Of a stretch of 39,994 nt of DNA, positions 11,182 to 19,288 are shown one piece after another. The notes under the pieces are model-generated. The model worked only from the letters and a program-made list of their open reading frames with translations. It searched no databases and had not been told where the DNA came from. Origin of the DNA: an uncultured Chthonomonadaceae bacterium (GTDB taxonomy: Bacteria; Armatimonadota; Chthonomonadetes; Chthonomonadales; Chthonomonadaceae). Position 1 is the first letter of the stretch. The number at the start of each line of letters is the position of its first letter. Both the position numbers and the translations under genes were made by a program. Location of the stretch: positions 1 through 39,994 of the forward strand of contig CAWIEK010000035.1 of assembly GCA_963835065.1 (NCBI GenBank), given 5' to 3'.

Positions 11182-11448
11182 ATGACCCTGACAATTGACT
11201 TGCCCGATGCTCTGGCTTCCCGTCTCAACACGCTTTTGCCCGAAGATGCGCGGCAGCGTTTTGCTATTGCCGCCATTGCCGATGCGCTTCTCGCTCAGGA
11301 ACAAGACTCCGCGGAGTGCATGGCTGCTGTGGAAGAAGCCTTCGCGGATATGGAAGCGGGCTGTACGACTACCCTGGAGGAAGAACAAGCGCGCTGGCAG
11401 CAGCAGAAAGCCAATTTGCTGGCGAAGGGTGTACTCAGCGAGGCATGA
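11182..11448 (+). CDS. Putative antitoxin (ParD/RHH-like)
   Basis: MTLTIDLPDALASRL N-terminus and acidic AVEEAFADMEAG..TLEE C-terminus. ATGA overlap with the toxin. Confidence 0.75.
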   Translation: MTLTIDLPDALASRLNTLLPEDARQRFAIAAIADALLAQEQDSAECMAAVEEAFADMEAGCTTTLEEEQARWQQQKANLLAKGVLSEA

Positions 11449-11843
11449 GCAGCGCAGAAGACCAAAACGAAGTGCCGCAAACCTATGCGCTGCGCTTGAC
11501 GGAACGCGCCCGACGCGACGTAGACGCTGCAACAGTCTATTTTGCCGAAACCGCTTCGCCGGAGATCGCTATCGAGTGGCGCGAAGAGTTTTATCAAGCC
11601 TTGTCTGCGCTTGCCACATTGCCCCGCCGTTTTCCGCTTGCGCCGGAGACCTTCCGCCGCGAAGTGCGCCAGATGCAATACCGCCGCTCTGGAAGCCGGA
11701 CGGCCTACCGCATATTGTTTACTATTGTGGGCGAAGGAGCAACCTCACCGGATGCGCCGACCGTAAACATTCTTCACGTCCGCCACGCCGCGGCTCGTCC
11801 TCTGACACGAACGCAAATCCGGGCTATTGAAGGGGAAGAATAG
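11445..11843 (+). CDS. RelE/ParE family toxin
   Basis: YALRLTERARRDV, LATLPRRFPLAPE, YRILFTI and VNILHVRHAA motifs. Confidence 0.85.
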   Translation: MSSAEDQNEVPQTYALRLTERARRDVDAATVYFAETASPEIAIEWREEFYQALSALATLPRRFPLAPETFRREVRQMQYRRSGSRTAYRILFTIVGEGATSPDAPTVNILHVRHAAARPLTRTQIRAIEGEE

Positions 11844-11870
11844 GCGAACGACAAACGGGAAATTGTTCTT

Positions 11871-11984
11871 TCACAAAATTTTATGCGGCTCTTTGTTGGT
11901 TTTCAGCCAGTTGGATGCGGCAGCATAATTAATATCCGTTGGAACCACCGAGGCAAACCACGCTCCGGTATCTACAAGAAGCAT
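11871..11984 (-). pseudogene. Truncated PIN/VapC toxin (37 aa)
   Basis: My translation is MLLVDTGAWFASVVPTDINYAAASNWLKTNKEPHKIL*, a PIN N-terminal VDT motif only. It overlaps the end of the antitoxin. Confidence 0.7.
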
Positions 11985-12220
11985 TTTGTGCCTGCCTCCC
12001 CGTACAAAATACAGTCATGGTTTCGGCTGGAAAGTTCAACATCCTGAACCTCCATCGGCAGGGCGGCAATCGCGCTCAGAATGTCTGCCGACGAACTACT
12101 TTGTGTAGCAGGTTCGGCAGATACCACAGTCACCTCAACACGAGTTCCTTCCGCAAGTGGGATTAAATGTGCCAGTCGCAGTATGCCTTGCTCATAAACA
12201 GCTTCAACGGTAGTTGTCAT
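11972..12220 (-). CDS. AF2212/DUF104-like antitoxin
   Basis: MTTTVEAVYEQGILRL...LAEGTRVEVTV and SSRNHDCILYG, with AGGAGG SD. Confidence 0.85.
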   Translation of the reverse strand: MTTTVEAVYEQGILRLAHLIPLAEGTRVEVTVVSAEPATQSSSSADILSAIAALPMEVQDVELSSRNHDCILYGEAGTKCFL

Positions 12221-12256
12221 GTTCTTACCTCCTGCTCGCTCTGTGCAAAAGAGTAG

Positions 12257-15200
12257 TTACTCCTCGCCGACTTCTATGTCAACGAAAAATTCATCAGGAA
12301 TGAGATCATTGTCTTTCGTATGCAGGTTTGCTGACAACGTCATATACTCCATCTGTTCCCATTGCTGCTGTACGTTTTGAGACAAACCTGCAACGTTAAC
12401 ATGACGGAGATATTTCAATCCCTTCAGTGGACTTAAGTCATCTACTTGGGTACAACCACTTAAATCAAGGTAAAAAAGGTTCGTTAACTCTGCTAACGGA
12501 CTGAGATCAGATACTTTGTTACATTTAGTTATAGACAGGTATCCCAAACTGGTTAATTTACTGAGCGGAGAAAGGTCGCTAAGCCCTGTACAGGTATTTA
12601 AGGTTAGTGATTGCAAACTACTCAAATACTGCAATGGCTGGAGGTTGACCAATGTATTACCGTATCCTATCCTGAGGTAGTGTAGACTAGATAGAGAAGC
12701 CAGAAACTCCCAATCAGTAGATCCTCAAGTTGCCCCAAAGCGTTAGGTCAAACAACCTTGGAAGCGTTTGCAAATCCTGAAAATTAACCAAATAAAAGCA
12801 GGAGTTGATAGTAATATCTACTAAGTTTGGAATATATTTTATATGTGATATGTCTTTAAGGTTATAGCAGTGTTCAAGTTCTAAGTTGTCTGAACCGCGT
12901 AAACTTTCTATTCCTTTCAAGCTGGTAAATGTTCCTGCCGTTAGGCTGAGGCGCTTCAACAAAGTAAGTTCTCTAATCTCTTCAATGCTAGAAAGACGCT
13001 CAAGCTCTAAACTAATGAAGTGCTTTAGTATGCGGCGGCAATACTCTTCTGCACTAAAATAGTTCATAGCTCGACAGAGTTGTCTACGTACTCCCCGGCG
13101 ATGATCTCGCGCCCATGTCTCCATTTTGGCAAGAGCCGCTTCTCCACCTATCAATGATAAGGTACGGACGCAATTTCCGGCAACGCCGACCCTGTATTGG
13201 CTCGAAAAGCTCAGATAGGGTAGTGCTAGTTCGCCTGCCAAGGCTAGTGCGGCAGCTTCTGTCATGCTGCGTGGCGGCACAAGGTTTGCGAGACGTAGCT
13301 GTAGTTCCGTCTTTGTCTGATTGCTACATTCAGCCGCCATTTCCAAGCAGGCGACAGCAAGAAGATGAAGTTGATGTCGTGCCTGCTCGTTTTTATCCCC
13401 TAATTTCATCAGGCCCTTGATGATACGCTCTGCGTTACTAACTTTTGGCCCTGTATTGTCTTCTTGTACCATGCCGCCAGCCAGCCCAACAGAGAGCAAA
13501 ACAACTTCGCGCCAACGGTCATCTGTCGCATGTTCCAACAAAACGCCAATGTCTCCCTCGTCCAATATCGCCTGTGCTGCCAAAAAGTCACGAAAGTCAG
13601 ATGTGCAAAGTCCATCTGCCCCTTGACTGGCTCACGTACAACGCCAGTACGATCCGTCAGCAGACGCAGACACAGATGTGCTGGACGGTTTTACCGATAA
13701 GCCCTGTAAGTTCTCTACACGAGGCTGAAGATGCTGACGCGCCTCACCGAGTGGCGCGACAGCCTGCCCATTGCGCAGCATCCAGTAGGCAAGGTCTTCC
13801 AGAAGGGCGCGTTTCTGTCGTTCTGTAAGTGGAGGGTAATCGCTCAAATCAATTTCACGCTCAATGTCGCGTCGGTTGATGAGCAGGTCGCAGCAGGCTT
13901 CATACAGCGCGATGCGGTCAGTTGGTATCTGCTGATGCCTGTCGCGGTGCAGGGCGCACAACATGGCGCAAAGCAGCGGACTTGTCGCCAGATTTCGGAT
14001 CGGTTTTTTGGTCTTTGACTTCCTGTTTCAGATGTTCCGCGAGTGCCGGCAATTCGGCCTTTTCCTTGTCGTTTTGCAGCGTTTCCGAAGCGGCTTGATG
14101 CCAGTGATCCACAAAATTGTCTATACTCGCTAAATCCATCGGCTGGAGTTCCGCGTCCTCAAACTGCTCCTGCTGTAGCCATCCTTCCTCAACAGCATGA
14201 GGGCGAGCCGTCACAAGGAAACGGGCGGGAAAGTTTGCCACAAGTCCCTGTATCCACTCTCGAACTCTGTTGCGTTGAGTTTCCGGTACTTCGTCAATGC
14301 CGTCAATTAGGACTAATGCTTTGCCCTGCCGCATGAGATGCTCATGTACCCATTGAGGCGGCATGATACCTGCAATGGCAGGCGCAATCAGGCGGACAAA
14401 ATCTTCCGGGTTCGGCAATGCTTTCCCCGCGAATTGGCGTAAACGGATGAAAAAGGGAATAGTTTCGTTCCAGGCCGTAAAATTTCATCAAAGTCACGCG
14501 AAGCGGAACGAACCGCAAGCCATTGCAGCAGCGTAGTCTTTCCCGACCCGGCCAGCCCGCGAACAAGCAGGCAGCGTGAACTTTGCAGCGCCTCATCTAC
14601 GGGAACAATGCTCCAATCCGCATCCTCTTCCGCTTCCTCAATGTCTGCTTGGTCAATCGGTGACGGTGTTTTTTCCGTCTGTTTCTGCTGTACGGACAGC
14701 GTGACATAAGCAACACTGAGGCGGTGGCGCTTGCTTGCTTCGGACAAATCGGCTCCGAACAGTTCCAATTTGTCCAGAGTGCGAATTACTTCCCGGCGAT
14801 AGTCTTCCTCAAAACGACGCGCCTTTTCTTCGGGGTTATCTTGTTCACTCGCCTTGCGGATACGCTCTACTTCTGCAAGCGTCTTTTTGGCAATGTCGAG
14901 CAACTGGCCTTCGCGCTGTAAAACTTCGGCAATGGTGCGTTCCGTGAACTGTGGCAGTTGTGACGCAATATCAATAATGCACTGGCTACATTCGCTGATA
15001 AGACGTATCGTAAAGCGCAGTTTCATCTTGCGAGTAGTGTTTTGTCGCATCAGGCACAGCCGCTTTAAGGTGTCTTGCAAGGCTGTGGGGTCAAGGTCTT
15101 TTTCGGCAAGCAGTTTGGGCGTAATAACAGCCTTATTCAGAGCATCGGCAAGCGTTGCAGCAACCGAGTTTCGTGCGCCTTCATCCAGAGGACCGCCTTC

Positions 15201-15422
15201 CACTTCAAATATCGGCAACAGGCTTTCCGCAACTCGCATTCCAATGTTCTCGAATTGGTTTTCTCCCCGTTTTTGTGCGAAGGCGTCTACCGCTAATGTC
15301 TTGACAGCATCAATAATGCCGCTTCCCGTAAAGAAGCCGACATCATCTTTAATCCAGCGCTTTAAGATACCCTTGGCAATGGCCGGGGCGACATTGGAAA
15401 TTAACGTTTCTAAAAATGGCAT
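12257..15422 (-). CDS. NLR-like protein: N-terminal helical domain + NACHT NTPase + C-terminal LRRs (multiple frameshifts)
   Basis: Walker A GLAGSGKTTLLQWLAV, Walker B LVLIDGIDEV, FLVTARP, LCAMLCALH, LYEACCDLL, LLEDLAYWM, FAHLTF and DDRWREVV. LRRs LSPLSKLTSLGYLSI and LSPLAELTNLFYLDLSGC. Start MPFLETL at 15422 with AGGA-like SD. Confidence 0.85.
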
Positions 15423-15512
15423 AGTCTTTTCCGATAGGAGAAACAATACGAAACAACAGGCATATTGTCCAATTGCAATTATACCACGATTGGCGGCAGC
15501 AAAGATACATGT

Positions 15513-15563
15513 AGTTGCAAGCGGCGGCACAGTTGATGGCTGCCGGAACCACCGAGGCAAGCC
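15513..15563 (-). repeat. Degenerate second copy of the vapC 5' fragment (direct repeat of 11909-11959)
   Basis: 39/51 ungapped identity by hand count, including an exact GGAACCACCGAGGCAA. LASVVPAAINCAAACN aligns with FASVVPTDINYAAASN. Confidence 0.75.
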
Positions 15564-15643
15564 GGTCAAGCGCCAACAGCAACTATCCAGCGCCACTCCC
15601 GCAAAAAAGAAACAGAAAAATCCCCCCAACCACGCGAAAAAAC

Positions 15644-15671
15644 GAACCCTTTGCCCCACACCTTCGTCTAA
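15644..15671 (+). promoter_or_regulatory. ECF-sigma-type promoter, copy A
   Basis: GAACC-N16-CGTCTAA. The same motif with the same spacing is at 30561-30588 (minus). Confidence 0.7.
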
Positions 15672-15753
15672 ATATCGGTACGAATGTCTACTATTCAGAG
15701 GAAGGCAAGCCGGAACGCTCGCAGTTCCTGACTACCACTGACTACTACTTACT

Positions 15754-15905
15754 CGGAAGGGAGGTGCAAACCTATGTTCCGCCTCTCCCGTTCGCCTTGA
15801 CGCTTGCGAGGCCATGACGCCTCTCTTCTACAATTTGACACAACGAGACACCGGGCTGGAAGCGCTGTATTGCCAAGATTTCGACGATGCCTCTACATAC
15901 TGTTT
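15754..15905 (+). ncRNA. Candidate small RNA or small-ORF transcript, copy A of a dispersed element
   Basis: Core is 121/132 identical to the reverse complement of 30371-30502. Carries a GGAAGGGAGGTG SD, ATG at 15774 and a complementary CTCCC tract. Family not recognised. Confidence 0.45.
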
Positions 15906-16067
15906 TCTCTGTTGCACTTACAGACTGCCTGGCAGGGTGGTATGAAGAGGTTCGTTCATCGTATGGGCTAACTCCTGTCATGGCGTTCCGCACGGTCACG
16001 GATAATAACCGCGCGTTGAGCGTATGCCTCAAGGATAGGCGACAGTTCTTACCAAACTCTTAAACTG

Positions 16068-16097
16068 TTGACAATCTTCAACCTTTCCTTTTATAAT
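16068..16097 (+). promoter_or_regulatory. Consensus sigma70 promoter
   Basis: TTGACA-N18-TATAAT. Confidence 0.7.
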
Positions 16098-16171
16098 GGA
16101 GTGGTAAACAGAACAAGGGCCTCTTTACGCATGTGTTTACGTATTCCGCTGAGGGAAAGGAGCCTGTCATT

Positions 16172-16504
16172 ATGGCGAAACAGAAAGATGCAGCCGTTTC
16201 TTTGCTTACAGGCGGCAATCAAACCGTTATTCAAACTAAATATTCCCCCGTGAAAGCGTCTTCCCGCCGCTTGACGGATGAAGAAGTAAACAGAATAGGG
16301 CAGGAAAAGTACGAGAAGCAGTTCGCGCCTCTTGTGGACACAGAAGAAAACTTCGGTAAGTTTTTCTTACTGGATGTGGTGACAGATAAGTACGAAACAG
16401 GAGACAATCTGTTGGCACTGCTCAAAAATGCGGAAGCCCGGCAGGCCAAGGATAACTTTTACTTGTGCAGAATAGGGCGCGATTTCGTGTTCCGGCTGCG
16501 ATGA
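16172..16504 (+). CDS. Small hypothetical protein, typical upstream partner of clan AA aspartic proteases
   Basis: GAAAGGAG SD; GQEKYEK...ENFGKFFLLDVVTDKYE...CRIG pattern; ATGA overlap with the protease. Confidence 0.7.
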   Translation: MAKQKDAAVSLLTGGNQTVIQTKYSPVKASSRRLTDEEVNRIGQEKYEKQFAPLVDTEENFGKFFLLDVVTDKYETGDNLLALLKNAEARQAKDNFYLCRIGRDFVFRLR

Positions 16505-16866
16505 ACATAATCACAGGCACAGTCAATCAATATTTTGTAGCCGCTGTCAGTCTCGGCTTTTATGGCGCTGCCGGAGAAGTTGTTACCTTTCCCGTCGTTG
16601 TTGACACTGGGTTCGATGGTCAAATCTGCATGCCTACTGCCGAAGTCAAAAGACTTGGACTACAGCCCTCCAAAGCGCGGCCTATGCCGATGAAAAACGC
16701 GAATGGGCAGATCGTTTATGCGCCGCTATACATGGGCAAAGTAAATTGGTTGGGCAATGCGCGAGAGGTCGTAATTATCTGTTTAGGCGACGAGACACTG
16801 CTCGGCATGGAACTGCTGACGGCTTGCAAATTGACGATAGAAAATAGGATTGTCAGAATCGAATAA
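16501..16866 (+). CDS. Clan AA (retropepsin-like) aspartic protease, AF_0612-like
   Basis: VVDTGFDG catalytic motif, plus NANGQ and LLGMELL. Confidence 0.85.
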   Translation: MNIITGTVNQYFVAAVSLGFYGAAGEVVTFPVVVDTGFDGQICMPTAEVKRLGLQPSKARPMPMKNANGQIVYAPLYMGKVNWLGNAREVVIICLGDETLLGMELLTACKLTIENRIVRIE

Positions 16867-16876
16867 AACGGGAAGG

Positions 16877-17701
16877 TTAAATGGTTGCGGCGGAAAAGCC
16901 GCCATCTACAACAATGTTTTGCCCGGTGACGAACGAACTTGCGCGGGACGATGCCAGCCACACGATTGCGCCCGCCAGTTCGGGCGCATCTCCGAAACGC
17001 GCCATCGGGGTGTGCCCAATGATCTGCGCGCCCCGTTCCGAATAGCTGCCGTCCGGCTTGAACAGCAGAGCGCGGTTTTGTTCGGCGGGAAAGAAGCCCG
17101 GACTGAGGGCGTTGACGCGCACTCCCTCTTGCGCCCACTCGCGGGCGAGAAACTGCGTCAGGTTCAGCACGGCGGCTTTGGCGGCGGAATACGCGACGAC
17201 GCGCGAAAGCGGCGTCATGCCCGACAGGGACGCGATGTTGATAATACTGCCTTTGCCCGCCCCAACCATACTTTCGCCGAATACCTGGCACGGCAGCAGG
17301 ACGCCGCCCACTAAATTCAAATCAAAAACGCCCTGCCATGCTTCCAAAGGCAATTTGCAAAAGTCCGCGCCGGGTGGCAGGGTGGCGTCGGGAAGGTTGC
17401 CGCCTGCCGCATTGACTAAAATCGTGGGCGTACCCCACTGCGCGGCAATCACATCCCGCGCCTGTTCCAGCGAAGCGCGGTTCAGCGCGTCCGCCGCATG
17501 AAACAGGGCTTGCCCGCCCGCTTCTTCGATGCCGCGAACCCGCTCCTGCCCCCGCTCCGCGCTGCGCCCGACAACCGCCACGCGCGCTCCCGCGCCCGCC
17601 AGCGCCATTGCCATCGCGCCGCCCAAAACGCCCGTGCCGCCCATGACAACGGCAATTTCCCCGGTCAAGTCGAACAAATTGGAAAACAAATCGCGGCTCA
17701 T
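16877..17701 (-). CDS. uxuB: SDR oxidoreductase, probable D-mannonate oxidoreductase/fructuronate reductase
   Basis: GGTGVLG, LVNAAGGN, PLSRVVAYSAAK and PGFFPAEQNR motifs. Adjacent to uxaE. Confidence 0.75.
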   Translation of the reverse strand: MSRDLFSNLFDLTGEIAVVMGGTGVLGGAMAMALAGAGARVAVVGRSAERGQERVRGIEEAGGQALFHAADALNRASLEQARDVIAAQWGTPTILVNAAGGNLPDATLPPGADFCKLPLEAWQGVFDLNLVGGVLLPCQVFGESMVGAGKGSIINIASLSGMTPLSRVVAYSAAKAAVLNLTQFLAREWAQEGVRVNALSPGFFPAEQNRALLFKPDGSYSERGAQIIGHTPMARFGDAPELAGAIVWLASSRASSFVTGQNIVVDGGFSAATI

Positions 17702-17730
17702 TCTCTTGTGCTATCTCCTATAAATAATGC

Positions 17731-19041
17731 TTACTCCCTTCTCCCAAAGTTGGGAGAAGGGTTGGGGATGAGGGCTATTCGCCCTCCGCCGATCCCTACG
17801 AACAGCGGCTTTAGATGGCGGTCATACAGGTTTTCTGTGACGTTGCGGGCAACTGTCGCTTCATTGACTTTCAGCGCGTTCAGATAGCGATCGCCCATTT
17901 GCGCGGCGATTTTATAGCCGACGTGCAGCAGTTGCCGCACGGATGGATTAAATGCGGGATTGCTCTGGTCATGGCGCAGGGCCGACACATACTGCGCGGA
18001 TGTCCAGCCGTTGACTTCTTCCGCAGACGGCAGTTTGGCCGCGTCAATGTCTATCACGGCGGCATACGGGGCGCATAGCGCGTCTTGTTTTGCCAGCGCC
18101 TTGCCGTAAATCTCTTTCGCCAGTTCCAGCCCTTCGCCGCCCGCTTCGGCCAGCCCGATCAATTCTTCCAGCCACGTTGTTCCCGCCGTCTTGATGTGCA
18201 GCCCCGCGTCGAAGCGGGCGAGGGCGCGGCGAATCGGCGCGTAAATGGAAAACTTGTCGCTGCCCGAATGGACGCTGAGTTTCAGGTTGGCAGGCAGGCC
18301 GTACTTGCCGACTGCGAACGCGATCACGGCAAGGTCGTCGTTAAACTCTTTTTCAAATTGCGCCACATTGCCGACATAATCCACGCCCTTGTTGAAGCGG
18401 CCCGTAAACTTGGGCGCAATGGTTTGAAGGGGGATTTTCTCGTCGGCAATCGCGGCCAGAATTACCAGCAGTTCGGGCGGGGTTTGCGGGCTGTCGGTTT
18501 CATCCATCGAAACTTCCGTGATAAAGCCGTCTTCGGTTTTGGCCTGCGCGATGTGCCGGTAAATCTGCCCGGCTTCCTGCACTGCCAGCAGATACTTGCC
18601 CGCAATCCGCTCCACATCCGCCCGTGTAATTTCAAACGGCGTTTCGATGCCCGGTATTTGCAGTTGCCCGATCAGTTCGGGATGGCGATCCGCAAAATCC
18701 GTTACCGATTGTGCCTGAGCGGGCTTGCCGATGCTGTCCGCAACGTCTATCGTATAAAAATCGCTGGACGCGAGGAAATTGTCTACGGTTTCCAGCCGAA
18801 TATGGTCGGCGTCCACATGGTACGGCTTGTTCCAGCGCAGTTCGCGTACCGCCGCGTCCGCCGCGATGCGAACGCTGTCGGGCTGCGAGCCAATCGTGGT
18901 ATGCTCGCGGTTCGATTTGTTCCATACGGGAACCACGTCCGCGCCCTGTTCCGCCGCCAACATACAGGCCCGCAATTGCGCCTGCGCCTGATGCGCGAAC
19001 CGGTCTCCCACGCCGAACGAATACTTTGCTAATGTCAGCAT
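17731..19041 (-). CDS. uxaE: Tagaturonate/fructuronate epimerase (UxaE family)
   Basis: SFGVGDRF, VDADHI, EVSMDETDSPQ, APKFTGRFNKGVDY, KLSVHSGSDKFSIY and HIKTAGTTWLE motifs. Confidence 0.9.
   Translation of the reverse strand: MLTLAKYSFGVGDRFAHQAQAQLRACMLAAEQGADVVPVWNKSNREHTTIGSQPDSVRIAADAAVRELRWNKPYHVDADHIRLETVDNFLASSDFYTIDVADSIGKPAQAQSVTDFADRHPELIGQLQIPGIETPFEITRADVERIAGKYLLAVQEAGQIYRHIAQAKTEDGFITEVSMDETDSPQTPPELLVILAAIADEKIPLQTIAPKFTGRFNKGVDYVGNVAQFEKEFNDDLAVIAFAVGKYGLPANLKLSVHSGSDKFSIYAPIRRALARFDAGLHIKTAGTTWLEELIGLAEAGGEGLELAKEIYGKALAKQDALCAPYAAVIDIDAAKLPSAEEVNGWTSAQYVSALRHDQSNPAFNPSVRQLLHVGYKIAAQMGDRYLNALKVNEATVARNVTENLYDRHLKPLFVGIGGGRIALIPNPSPNFGRRE
17736..17775. repeat. REP-like palindrome inside the uxaE 3' end
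   Basis: CCCTTCTCCCAAAGTTGGGAGAAGGG...GATGAGGG, same family as 22422 and 31644/31791. Confidence 0.75.
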
Positions 19042-19288
19042 AAGGTTAATGGTCTTTCTTTTGAATTATTTCGGTTTTGAAGTGTCTACGCATGGTAAGA
19101 AGTATGACATATACCGCAACAACCTGAGCTACCTTCTTTCCGGCAGACTGTAAGGGAAGGGGAAGGGCTTGTTGTGTCCATTGGGCCTTTAGCGCGATTG
19201 GCATTCCTTTCGATAGAAACAGCAATACAGGGTATAACACAGGAAATGGTTTGGCCTGGACATATTTGCTGCCGGGAGGAGGACTGCG

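Noticed and set aside
15754..15905. Element as a known riboswitch (e.g. lysine) or an IS end
   Set aside because: Only a superficial GTAGAGG match, with no recognisable consensus, terminal inverted repeats or transposase. An Rfam scan is still needed.
15772..16032. ORFs 15772..16032(-), 30295..30504(+) and 30283..30534(-) as the product of the repeated element
   Set aside because: Differences between the copies are mostly non-synonymous in those frames, and the starts are not shared.
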